From NCBI RefSeq assembly GCF_006345805.1, contig NC_043000.1:70804001-70868000 (forward strand): 64,000 nt of DNA, read 5' to 3'. A model generated the notes under the pieces. The model did not search any database. It was not told the origin of the DNA and saw only the letters and a list, made by a program, of their open reading frames with translations. This DNA is from Octopus sinensis. Lineage: Eukaryota. How positions within the stretch are numbered: position 1 is the stretch's first letter; every line of letters starts with the position of its first letter. The position numbers and the translations under genes were made by a program. Of this stretch, positions 38,178-50,883 are shown piece after piece.

Positions 38178-39241
38178 GTGGCAGAATAGAATAACAATGG
38201 GGGTCATAAGATGGTAATATACCTACAATTTTTATCTATCTCCTTGTCACCATCAAAAGATCTAATGCAGCTAGTATACTATGTCCACAAAGAATTTAAA
38301 CCACTGGAAATTGACAGTTAAGTTCTAGCTGCTGATGATAAATTAATTACTGTTAGATACTTTCCCAAACCCTAATTTACTAATGGTTATAAATTCCCTA
38401 TGACCACATGAATAAACAAAACTCAGAAGAACTCAGTAAGATAGTGATAAATGCCCAGAAAGAGGGGGAGTAGGGGTGACATAAACTATTTTATTACTAT
38501 CGGTTAAAGGGGCCTAAAATAGAAAACAAAGGACATGACAAGATCTAAATGGGCATTAAGGGTACAGGGGGTAAAATATAACCAAAGTATATCAAAATTT
38601 ATATACAGGTGCAGGAGTGGCTGTGGTAAGTAGCTTGCTTACCAACCACACAGTTCCGGGTTCGGTCCCACTGCGTGGCATCTTGGGCAAGTGTCTTCTA
38701 CTATAGCCTCAGGCCAACCAAAACCTTTTGAGTAGATATGGTAGACGAAAACTGAAAGAAGCTTGTCATATATATACATACATATATATATATATATATA
38801 TATGCATGTGTGTGTCTGTGTTCATCCCCCCAACATTGCTTGACAACCGATATTGGTGTGTTTATGTCCCCGTAACTTGGCAGTTTGTCAAAAGAGACCG
38901 ATAGAATAAGTACTAGGCTTACAAAGAATAAGTTCTGGGGTTGATTTGCTCGACTAAAGGTGGTGCTCCACCATGGCCGCAGTCAAATGACTAAAACAAA
39001 TAGAATAAAAGAATATTATTATATTTTGTATAATAAAAAGTAAAATTTAAAAATTTATAAATTATTATACAAAATATAATATATAAATTTTGCTATATAT
39101 ATTTGGTTATATTTTAAATTCTTAGTGGACGCATTATATTAACTGCATTAGATCTTTTGATGGTGATAAGGAGATAGATAAAAATTGTAGCTATATTACC
39201 ATCCTATGACCCCTCCCCCCATTGTTATACTCTTCTGCCAC
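38178..39241. repeat. MITE-like element: about 125-bp inverted arms (38178-38300, 39112-39241) with a SINE inside
   Basis: ctacaatttttatctatctcctt(g/a)tcaccatcaaaagatctaatgcag is present in both orientations. Confidence 0.8.
38608..39010 (+). mobile_element. Full-length tRNA-derived SINE (reference copy)
   Basis: A-box-like tggctgtggtaagtagc, B-box-like gggttcggtccc, internal (TA)/(TG) tract, A-rich tail. Confidence 0.9.
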
Positions 39242-40899
39242 TCCAACTTAGAGTATTTTCTCTCTCTTTTCAAGTGGGATTTAATTTTTGGAAAAAGGAA
39301 AAGGTCATAGCCATAGACCCACAATTTGTCACCTGTTATAACAGTTTTCAAAAAGTTTCCATCTTCTCAATCAAGAAGATTCAGCACAGCTAAAACCCAA
39401 TATTTTTTAGATAACCCTACTCTGCACACTTTACTTCTAAGGTCTGCTGTAAACAACAGAAGTGTGCAAGAACATTACAATTTCATGTGCATGTGTGATA
39501 AAGTTGCCTAACAATTATTGACATATTGAAACAAGAAGACAATTGGGATTTTTCTTTATTATATCTTTTTAATTTATAGCTAGTTTATAGATTTTCTTTT
39601 TTTTCTTTTTTTGGCAGCTATTTGTCACTACAATGCTTAGAATCCTCTCTACCCATCTCCAAGAGCCTGGGAACAAGAGATGTAAGGGATGCACTTGCAC
39701 TCCTTCAACTTTTTGGTGGGTGCAAAATCAAGATCTGCAACTCCTACTTACCTTTTCCAGGCTTAGGAAATAGCTTTTAAAAACTAATCTGTAAAAGCTG
39801 CTTGAAATTAATAAACAAAAAGAAAACAAAAAAAATCCCTAGAACGACATTACTGAACTAAATCATCATCAACATTACAATTAAAAGAATAAGGGAGTGA
39901 GGTAGCAACAACAGCCATTACTCCTCAATACTAGCACAATTGAGGATCTATTAAACTCCATGATCAAGAGCCCTTCACAATCCAGCAATCCACACTCCTC
40001 ATTTCCTCTGAATATCACAACTCACCCATCAGTATTGCCATCATGTTCTGTTGCTATGACCTTTTAACATCTAAACAAGATCAACCGCCATAGCCATTCC
40101 TCAATGCTAACACAACTGATGAATTATTAAATCACAGTTCCCAGCTGTTCTCCACAATAAGGCTACTCAGATACCTCTCAGAATAACACAAGATCCATCA
40201 TCACCATTGTCATCCTATTCTACTACTACTCCAATTGGAGAAGAAACACTCCTTTCTTTCCCTCACTGTTCACCTCAATCTGAATGTACACCTCACAGCT
40301 CCATGATAAATTTTCCAACTGTAAATAAAGTCAAACTTTGTAAATAAACTGTAAATAAAGCCAAAAATATGCCGCAATTTTCAACATGAAAGACTTCAAC
40401 TTCACCCATTTACCTGGACAAGACACACAGTTTGTACAAGCAAATACAAAAGCACACAGCTTACACAACCACCACCACTAAATGCTAAATCACACTTAAT
40501 AACTTATACATATGTAGCATGGAATCCTAAAATTTGCTATTTACATCTTGAAAGATTATGTCTGAAGAGTGACTGTCCCTTCACTCTTCTTCCAAGGACT
40601 TGGTGCACTATTAAAAGCATGACTCTAAACCCACAAAAGAAACACCCCTTACAGTGGCAGTGCTGGTTCGAATTTTCATCAAAACCTAGAAGTCATCCAG
40701 ATATCCACTGGATATAATAATAAAATCAACAGCCACAAACCATATAACTACAACCATAACAACTCCCCCCCCCTCCTAAGAGAAGAAAATTCTATTTTCA
40801 ACCATAATGAATCTGACAAAGTATAAAAATAAAACCTTTTCGCTTTCACACAGTACCAACCACTGTTGTTACCCCAGTGCACAACTATACACCAATAAA

Positions 40900-41879
40900 G
40901 TCAACTCAATAATAATGCTAAATGTAGAAGGTCTCCGACACTTCATAAATTGAGCAAAAGCATCATATTTTAGTGACTTTGTACATTGAGAAAAGACAAT
41001 GCATGTAGCACTAAGTGAAACATACCTGACCCCAGACATATTGGATGTGGAAGTACAAACATCAGGTTATGTACTACACAGAACTGCCCACAGAATATGG
41101 AAACAAGGAGTAGTGCTCTTCATCCATGAAGACCTGGCAACAAATGTCCTCCTCTCCCACCCCAAAACAGTATGCAATACACTAATAATGCACGTGACCA
41201 TCCACAATTTGATTATAGGCATCATTTATCATCCTCCTTATGCAGTCAACCATGGGGATCGCTTCAGAGTTGTTTTGTTGCTCATAAATCAAATCTCCAA
41301 TGAGGCCAGCTCACAAGCCAATGTACTTTTAACATGGGGCTTTAATTTTCTGAGTTTCAACTGGCCTAAGGGCTATATCCAACCTGAAATGAAACAAGTG
41401 AACAGGAGAGATATGAATACTCATATTGATACCACTAAAGACTTTCTCATTACCTGTCCAACTTGTGTTTACGATCAATACAGACTTCATTCACAACATT
41501 CAGGTCATTCCTACAGCTATTTCCAACCACAACATTATACAATTATCTGTATATAGCTCAAAGAGGATAACACGCACTAACATCAAACATGACTCACTCC
41601 TCGTGAACTTGAATTTCAGGAAAGTCAACTGATCTCAGCATACTAGTAACCTCAATGTTAATGAGGGAATTAAGTTTCTGTACAAAGAGTTAATAAAGAT
41701 CTGTCGAAACCATGCCCCATATAAACACGCCTATTCCTGCAAGAACTTGAACCCATGGGACAGACAGATACTAATGTGTAACAGAAACAAAGCAACAAAA
41801 CAACTGAAAAAACAAACAGTCTCAACAGATGAGATTGTGGGAAAATATTAGAAAATAAAGAACATTGAACAGGACCTAA

Positions 41880-41922
<43 letters not shown>

Positions 41923-43130
41923 CATATATATATTGTGACCCCCATCGGTCATGAATGACCATGGGATTGCACTTAGAAAGTTACCCTCCGAGCCACAAGC
42001 CTGGGCAAGGTTGTTTTATGGAAGACCAGCAGTCACTCACGTATACCAGCCTACCCTCTCCACACCACCGATGTTATCCAAGGGAAAGGTAAAGGCCTAT
42101 GCAGCTTGGCACCAGTGATGTCGCAACTCATTCATTAACGTGCAAGTGGCTGAGCACTCCACAGACATGTGTACCCTTAACGTAGTTCTCGGGGAGATTC
42201 AGCATGGCAAAAATGAATCGTGCCTGTATTTCAAAGGGCTGGCCATGTCACATCAAGCATACGCATATCTGTGCAGATTTACATTGAATCTCCCCAAGAA
42301 CTATCTTAAGGGTATATATGAGTCAGGTGTTTGTATGTTAATTTCATGAGCAGGCTGTTCCATTGATTATATCAACTGGAACACTCATTGTTGTAACTGA
42401 TAGATTGTCACTTATGTATGTGTATATGTGTATACACTAAAAAACATCTTATGAAAAAGAAACTTTGCTAAGGGAACACCAAACAGTGGAAAATATAAAT
42501 CTATTCCTAAGTTTTTTTTTCTAATTTGCTGGACAAAAATCAGCTACACATAACCAGACTGGCTCTCTAATATATCAAAATGGATCATATGCCAATGATT
42601 CATTGCAAATATGCATTCTTGAATGAACTGTGCATTTTTGCATTTTCCCAACCTACAGTTAACAAAACAGTAGATAAGCCAAATGAATTCTTTAATCCCC
42701 AGAATTCAACTGCAGGGACACTTCTAAAAATTAATGATATTACAATTAATGACCTAGATTCAAACTCAGCATCTAGACCAGGTGGTCTCCGAGCAATATT
42801 GTTCAAAACATGCAAAAATAGCATCATGAAACCATTAAAGATACTATTTCAAAAGTCACTAATTACCAGCATATTCCTAGAACTACTGAAAGACAATAGT
42901 AACTCTTATATGTGAAGTAGGGTGGGGTGGCAAGGTTGAAGCTAAAAATTACACACCTGTTTCTTTCACATCTCGCACATCTAAAATTATCAAATGTATT
43001 GTCCAAAAAAGAATAATTACATAACTTGAGGAGAACAACTTCGTAGATGGATTTTGGACTGTATGGAGTTGCCTGTTACTACTATCACAGCATCATAACA
43101 CTATTCTCAATAATCTCAAAGATCATATTT
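40900..43130 (+). mobile_element. Old CR1-like LINE remnants: APE endonuclease (about 40900-41640) and RT start (about 42700-43130), interrupted by other repeats
   Basis: VALSETYL, GVVLFIHE and IGIIYHPP motifs; SASRPGGL...IMKPLKILFQKS; KNYTPVSFTS. Confidence 0.65.
41933..42260 (+). mobile_element. Composite of SINE-like fragments
   Basis: GC-richer block after (TA)n that resembles cephalopod interspersed repeats I recall. No second copy in the window. Confidence 0.35.
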
Positions 43131-43929
43131 AATCTTAACCTCCTTAAGCTACCACACAAAATCAGCCAAAGATGTTGAATGCCTCTTGTTGATTTTATTG
43201 AAGCTGGCGACATAGCTTTGATATTTATTGCTGAAAGAATCAGCTGTTGCACCAATGTAAACATAGGGCCCTCGCCTTGTGTGTATAATCACTTATATAC
43301 AACACTGATATTCATACAGAGGTTCATTAATGGGCATTTTGTTTTTTTGCTCTGCATGAGAATTTATTAGATTTAGTAGCATTTGTGGCTCTGCTGATCT
43401 CATTTTCCAGCACTATCACCATGTTGTCTATATCCCTATTTTTGTTATCTGGATGTGGCTGCAGCAGGTACTCTTCATTCTGGTTGGTATTGCTTTTTCT
43501 TGATATTTTATTCTTTGCTATCCTTCCTAATTATCAAGCAGGAAGTAGTTTCCCTGTCATAGGCTAGGGCTCAGTGGGTGGATTATTCAATGCTTGGTCT
43601 ATTTTTCCATTATTAATGTGGTGTAGGTGTTGTTCTAAATTAGTGGAGTTTGCATATAATACTTTCACAATGTGCCTATTAAAAATAGTATGGTATCTAT
43701 TTGATTTTGAGAAACATTTATCTAAAGTGGCAAAAAATTTCCTAGCAATCCTTGTTGGAACATATGAACTGTGGATTAGGTTACATCAGAGGACATCACG
43801 TTTTTTATGTTTGTTGTTTGGCTTATTGGTTCTGGTGTTGGGGCAATTTGTGTTCTGAGTTGTACTATGATTATGTTGTGTGTGTCTAGGGGTTTTGGTG
43901 TGCCAAAGAATACAGTGCACAAGTAAGTC

Positions 43930-44830
43930 AGTGGCTTACTTGTGCACTGTATTTCCTATCTGATACCATACAAAATGTATGACATCAGAAAAAAGGTTGA
44001 AGATTCCATGTTTATTAATACTATATGTGATTACTCTGGCATGGAACAAGAATCAATTGTCTGTTACGTTTCTAAAAACCAGGATGTCCACAAAGTTTTT
44101 CTCAGCTTTTATAACCTTCCTGACTACTGTTCAGAGATACTGCCTAAGATTATTCTGAACGTTTTTTGTCACCTAAATATTTCACTGGGCTCAAAATTAT
44201 GTTGCCTTTCCTTTGATGGCACATGCACCAAGAGCAGAAACATTTCAGGTATACAAGAGACTAAAAGACATGTTTCCTGGTATAATTTTAGTACACTGCA
44301 GAAATCACTATCCTGACCTTGTCCTCCAAGAAGTTGGATCTACAGTTGCCATTGTTGCTAATGCACTGAACTTTGTTCATCAATGTGCCATTCTTCTGAA
44401 AGAGTTACCAAAGTCAAAGCGCTATGGACAAGCATTTGTGGTGAGAATGTCTTCATGTTGCAAGCCTGTGTCTCTGTTGCATCTAGTGAGGGAATGTTCA
44501 GCATACTGCACTATAGCAATACCTGACTCTGTATCACAATGATGCAACACCATCTGACAGACTGTGCTGTAAATACATGTACATAAAACCTTGAGCAACA
44601 AAAATACTTTCGACATCCTCCCTGGAAAACTTAATTGCCAAAATGATCAAGTATAGAAAATTTTGGGGACTGATTTGAAACATTACTTTTCCACATGTAA
44701 TAATAAAAATTATTAGTATACCTGTGTTTGTTTTGATATTAAGAATGAAAAAAATCAATCTTGTTAATAAAAAATTTTGGAGCTAGGTTTGCACCCACTA
44801 AGCAAATTTTGTTCCCAGGTCACTGGCCAC
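43930..44830 (+). mobile_element. hAT-type transposase remnant
   Basis: ICDYSGMEQESIVCYV...VFLSFY...CLSFDG...SGIQ and VHCRNHYPDLVLQE motifs. Possible 3' TIR near 44795-44825. Confidence 0.65.
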
Positions 44831-44960
44831 CCCTCGCTTGTTCCAACTTAAATTTCAATGTGAAAGAGTGTGAATTAAGCCCCCACTTTTTTTTTTTTTG
44901 CAGGGATAAGGTTAAGGTTTTAAATATTCCTTTCAGAAGGAAAAAGCTATTTTGTCATAA

Positions 44961-46694
44961 ATAATAATAATAATAATGAAATTATTGTATACCGTGCTCA
45001 GGTGCACCACAACTTGTCAGAAAGTGCATATAAAGAGTATGCAGTAATGTACAAATGTCTGGAAAGCGAACAGTGTATGAGTCAGATACATGCTTGCACA
45101 TGTATGGAGGGGAGAAAATCAGGTGTAGAGTTGGCGAATCTCAGGAAGCATGGAAGTTTGGAAGGATGCAGTGCTCCGACAACTAACAACTGATGCTGGC
45201 AGTTTGTTCCATGCTTCAGCAACTCTTAGCATGAAAAAATGTTTCCGAAAGTCATGGGAGCTGTGCTGTTTTCGGACTTTGTAAATATGTCCATGGGTGT
45301 TAGACAGGTGGAGTTTGAAAAGGTGCTCAGAGTTATTGTTTGTAAGATGGTTAATAATTTTATTGGTGTCTGCCAAGTCAGCTGCCAGACGTCGGAGTTT
45401 CAATGTGTCCATGCCCAGGGAAGTAAGGCGTTCAGAATATGGCAAATGCCTGATGGAGGGTATTCTTTTGGTTGCACGTTGCTGAACGGCTTCCAGACGA
45501 TTAATATCCTGGGCAAGTTAGGGATTCCAGACCGGTGATGCAAATTCCAGGTGAGGTCATACCATAGCTATATAAAGCCGCAGAAGGCGGCGAGCTGGCA
45601 GAACCGTTAGCACGCCGGGTGAAATGCGTAGCCGTATTTCGTCTGCCGTTACGTTCTGAGTTCAAATTCCGCCGAGGTCGACTTTGCCTTTCATCCATTC
45701 GGGGTCGATAAATTAAGTACCAGTTACGCACTGGGGTCGATATAATCGACTTAATTCATTTGTCTGTCCTTATTCGTCCCCTCTATGTTTAGCCCCTTGT
45801 GGGTAATAAAGAAACATATATAAAGCCGCAGATAGATAGCTGGAGAGCGGCTCACAAAGGACTTGGTGAGTGATGCCAAGACACCCTCAGCCTTCTTGGC
45901 AATTTTAGCGATGTGTTTTGTCCAACGCAAATCGCTGTCAACAATAACACCCAGGTCACGTTCACATGAAGACTGTTTGAGATTAGTGTTGTGAAGGGAG
46001 TAAGTAGATGCTGCGTTTTTCCTCCTAAAATGCAGGGTGGTACATTTGTTCACAGCCAGCTTGAGTTGCCAGTCCATGATCCACTGCTGCATTGTGTCCA
46101 GGTCTAATTGCAATAGAGATCTATAGTGTACAGGATCTGACCTCTTTATTTCGAGGTACAGCTTGATGTCATCTGCATATTTCAGCGCTGTGGCATTCTT
46201 TAAGTTGGCATCTATGTCATTAACATATGCAACAAATAAAAGGGAGCCAAGAACAGATCCCTATGGTACACCAGATGTCATCTCATAGGGTGGAGGGTGC
46301 TGTCCTAGAACAGTGACAACCTCTTTTCGGCCGAAAATAAAGGACTTCAACCAGTTATAGAGATCATCTCTTACGCCCAACGCAGAGAGTTTCACCATAA
46401 GTCTTTTGTGTGGCACAGAGTTAAAAGCCTTAGAAAAGTCCAGGTAAACAACATCCACCCAGGATCCGCGATCAGTGATTTGGGTAATGTCCTCAAGAAA
46501 CTCGATGAGTTGATTACAGCAGCTGGAGTTAAGAATAAATCCAAATTGTGACAGCTGGATGAGGCTGTGAGACTTCTAGTAGTTCCAGAAGGTTTCCCTG
46601 ACACAGGATTCCATCAGTTTGGCGATGCAGCTAGTAAAACTAACAGGCCGATAGTTGACAGGCGATGTGCGGTCACCTTTTTTGAACAGAGGGA
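44961..46694 (-). mobile_element. CR1-like LINE copy A (3' part), disrupted by a SINE
   Basis: Homologous to 46696-48162, with a (TTA)n tail at 44961-44977 and several stops. Confidence 0.92.
45585..45816 (+). mobile_element. Second tRNA-derived SINE family, with a perfect 16-bp TSD
   Basis: tatataaagccgcaga at 45569-45584 and 45817-45832. A-box-like tggcagaaccgttag, B-box-like gagttcaaattcc. The central gcctttcatccattcggggtcgataaattaagtacc resembles the Meta-type domain as I recall it. Confidence 0.9.
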
Positions 46695-46695
46695 T

Positions 46696-48338
46696 AATAT
46701 AATAATAATGAAATTATTGTATACAGTGCTCAGGTGCACCACAACTTGTCAGAAAGTGCATATAAAGTACATGCAGTAATGTAGAAATGTCTGGAAAGTG
46801 AACATGCTTGTGTGTGTATGGAGGGGAGAAAATCAAGTGTAGTGTTGGCGAATCTCAGGAAGCATGGAAGTCTTGAAGGATGCAGTGCTCCAACAACTAA
46901 CAACCGATGCCGGCAGTTTGTTCCACGCTTCAGCAACTCTCAGCGTGAAAAAATGTTTCCTGAAGTCATGGGAGCTGTGCTGTTTTCTTACTTTGTAAAT
47001 ATGTCCACGGGTGTTAGATAGGTGGAGTTTGAAGAGGTGCTCAGTGTTATTGTTTGTGCGATGGTTGATAATTTTATGGGTGTCTGCCAGGTCAGCTGCC
47101 AGACGTCGGAGTTTCAATGTGTCCATGCCCAGGGAAGTAAGGCGTTCAGGATATGGCAAATGCCTGATGGAGGGTATTCTTTTGGTTGCACGTCGCTGAA
47201 CAGCTTCCAGACGATTGATGTCCTGGGCAAGATAGGGGTTCCAGACCGGTGATGCAAATTCCAGGTGAGGACTTACCATAGCTATATAAAGCCGCAGATA
47301 GATAGCTGGAGAGCGGCTCACAAAGGATTTGGTGAGTGATGCCAAGACACCCTCAGCCTTCTTGACAATTTTGGCGATGTGTTTCGTCCAACGCAAATCA
47401 CTGTCGACAATAACACCCAGGTCACGTTCACTTGAAGACTTTTTGAGACTAGTGTTGTGGAGGGAGTAGGTGGACGCTGGGTTTCTCCTCCCAAAATGCA
47501 TGGTGGTACATTTGTCCACAGCCAGCTTGAGTTGCCAGTCCATGATCCACTGCTGCATTGTGTCCAGGTCTGCTTGCAATAGAGATCCATAGTGTATAGG
47601 ATTTGACCTCTTTATTTCGAGGTACAGCTTGATGTCATCTGCATATTTCAGCGCTGTGGCATTCTTTAAGTTGGCATCTATGTCATTAACATATGCAACA
47701 AATAAAAGGGAGCCAAGAACAGATCCCTGCGGCACACCAGATGTCATCTCATAGGGTGAAGAGTGCTGTCCTAGAACTGTGACAACCTCTTTTCGGCCGA
47801 AAATAAAGGACTTTAACCAGTTATAGAGTTTGTCTCTTACACCCAACGCAGAAAGCTTCACCATAAGTCTTTTGTGTGGCACAGAGTTAAAAGCCTTAGC
47901 AAAGTCCAGGTAAACAACATCCACCCAGGATCCGCGATCAGTGATTTGGGTAACATCCTCAAGAAACTTGATGAGTTGATTACAGCAGCTGGAGTTAGGA
48001 ATAAATCCGAATTGTGACGGCTGGATGAGGCTGTGAGACTTCCAGAAGTTCCAGAGGGTTTCTCTGATACAGGATTCCATCAGTTTGGCGATGCAGCTGG
48101 TAAGACTGACGGGGCGATAGTTGACAGGCGATGTGCGGTCGCCTTTTTTGAACAGAGGGATGACACTGGCAGTTTTCCACTGTTCTGGAGTAACACCATT
48201 GTCAAGACAGAATTGGAAGAATAGAGAAAGTTGGCTTAGAAGAAAGTACCCACCGCGTTTGAGAAGTAGGTATGTAACACCATCGAGACCAGGAGAGGCA
48301 TAATTGCGTTTATTCTTTAGATGGCATTGCAGCATTGC
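46696..48338 (-). mobile_element. CR1-like LINE copy B, 5'-truncated, with an uninterrupted RT-to-stop frame (ORF 48386-46833)
   Basis: SPGLDG, NYRPVSLTS, YLDFAKAF, GVPQGSVLG, KYADD, DLGV and LEAVQRRATK motifs. (TTA)n tail. Confidence 0.95.
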
Positions 48339-48960
48339 TCTGGACAGAATTGGAATAGTGAAAGTTGGCTTAGAAGACAGTACCAACTGCGTTTGAGAAG
48401 TAGGTATGTAACACCATCGAGACCAGGAGAGGTATAGTTGCGTTTATTCTTAAGGTGGCGTTGTAGCATTGCTGGTGTAAATTTCATAGTAGATATAGAG
48501 TCCAGTGTCAGAAGTGATGAGGATGGAACATTTTGGTCTTCGACAGTAAAGATGCCTGCATAGCATCCAGCAATGATTTCTGCACATTCTTTGGGATTAC
48601 CAGTAATCTGCCCTGTGTGGGGATTGTGAAGGGGACCAACTGGAGAGTGAGGTCTCTGCTTTGAGTGTACATACTTCCAGAACACTTTGCTGTCAGGGTT
48701 GGTTGCTAGGCATTGTTCAAATTCAAGCACTGCCTTTTTTTTGTCACCTGCTTGAGGTGGTTGGCTGATCTATTGCGCTTTTTCCTGTTGATCTCTAATT
48801 TGTGCATTTTGTATTCCTGTTCAGCATTACGGCGTCCTTTCCTGGCAAGTTGGACTGCTGCAGTCTCCCAAATTGCACTATTGGGTGGTTTTTTTTGTGC
48901 TTGCATGGTACTGATGCTGCACATGCCACCCATATTGAATTCACAATGTTCTGAAGTATA
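48339..48960 (-). mobile_element. CR1-like LINE segment C (upstream linker region), overlapping copy B by about 130 bp
   Basis: PDSKVFWKYV...SPGLDGVTYLLLK. 48341-48472 repeats 48205-48338 with about 10% differences. Confidence 0.85.
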
Positions 48961-50883
48961 GTGTCCACATCTCCAGATGCATAAAATTCGAGCCAGTTTG
49001 GGCGTTGCAGCTCAGTACAATAAGAGCTCCAGTCTGCTTTATTCCAGTCAAAGTGGGCAGTTTGAAGATGGTTGTGATTTTTGTTACAACCAATTCTCCT
49101 TCTCCATTAAACGTGTCATAAGGTAGACAGAAACTGAAAGAAGCCTGTCACAGAGAAAGAGAGAGATCACCACTCAGTATGTGAGAGAGGGTAGTGATGT
49201 GCAGATTGGTGATGTTATAATAGCCAGTGTACTGCATGTAGTTTTTGTTTGCTTTTTAATGCTGGTTTCAGCTTATTAATTAGGATGACCTCCTTGATTC
49301 AAAGGTTGCCTGTGTTGTGTTCTATGGCTCTGATGGATGCAGTAAAGTCCAAGGTCTGGTACTTCAGCAGGCGTGTACACACATGTTCTTCAATGTGAAT
49401 GTGCAGTTTTCTTACCTTACAAGTTTTCTATTAAAAGCTATCAACACAACAAATCTGATGTGTAGAAATGACTTGCTCTTGGGAAAAAGTGAACATACAG
49501 ACCTTGTCTGACTGCTTGCAACAATATTGATATTCCAGTAAATGCACCCATCGCTAAGCGAATCATGTGTGGTTGGGTAACATATTTATCTTCTACCACT
49601 TTCTACAACAAGTAAAGTTCATTGGTCGGCTTCAATACTTTGAAGTCATTTAGTTTCATATTCCTGTTTCTGTTAACATACAACCAATATTTATTTATAA
49701 CTAATGAGAAACAAAATTTTCTGTCTAGATTGTGTATATTTGTATTAATATTCATTACAGTAATTTTGAGATTAAAATTGCATAATGATGTCAATGATTG
49801 ATTTGTATAATCTAAGTCCAGGTGTTTTAGTAGCACCATTCCAAAACTAAAATTTTCCATTTATGATTAAGATCATCATAAGCATGTAAGTATCCAGTCA
49901 TTTAATACCCCACTCTTGAAAAAAAATTGTTATTTCTTAACCAATTGAAATGAATACATTATCTTAACATTTATTGATATGAAGGAATAAAAGGCTAAAT
50001 TCATTTAAATGGAATTATATAATTTTTAAAAGTAAATAGTCTTTAAATGTGACAGTTTGGAAAGAACAATAACTAATTAAAAATTGGGGGAAAAAAACTA
50101 CAAACTACTAGCATTGATTTACTACACTTTGTAACAACAGCTTTTGGCAAGGAAAAAAAATGACAAAAGAGTTTTGAGAGCCAACTTTATTTTACCCAAG
50201 AGAGTTAACTTCATTTTGAACAATTAAACTAAAATGAATAAATCAAGGGAGATTATCCTGATAACTAAATGTGACACACGTTCTAATCTTAAACAGTAGT
50301 TGACAGTTTGAAAACAAATTAACAGCCATCAACAATAAAATTTGAGTGACATGACATTAATTGCCTGATTATTTGAATTCCAGTCTTTGCTGAACTATCT
50401 TAGTGATACATAACCACAGGCGTGAGGGAGACAACTCTTTGTCATTCTAAATGGGCTTGCAGAGACTTGATAAAACTGTTAGAACATAATTATATTAAAA
50501 ATTTGAATTCAGGCGCAATGGAACGTTTCTGTTTTCAGTCTTTTCTTTGATATGAGACCTTTTTTCGGGGGTAGGGGTATTCTCACAAGAAAGGGAAACT
50601 AAGGAGGCACACATAGTTTTGTGTTGTTTCTAAATATGTTATACTACAATTGCCATCGCACAAGTGGAGGCCATTGTGAGAGTGGTTAATATAGTTTTGA
50701 TTCACTGGCTTGTGATTTAAAGTAAAAAAAAAAAAAAAAAACCTATTTTTCTCCTTTACACACACACAAATTAATGCACTAATGATCAAACTGCTTATAA
50801 AAAGAAATAAAAATGCAAACCACCATAATGACAGGCTTCGTTTACACAATGGCGGTGAAATGATATACCATGTGTGCTCTCAT

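Noticed and set aside
38608-38690. tRNA gene
   Set aside because: A/B-box-like motifs belong to a multi-copy SINE head; no complete cloverleaf.
40318-40362. Three TGTAAATA (FOX-like) motifs
   Set aside because: Explained by local slippage duplication in AT-rich, LINE-like sequence.
49250-49600. Possible GIY-YIG/Penelope C-terminal remnant on the minus strand
   Set aside because: Too degenerate to support by eye.
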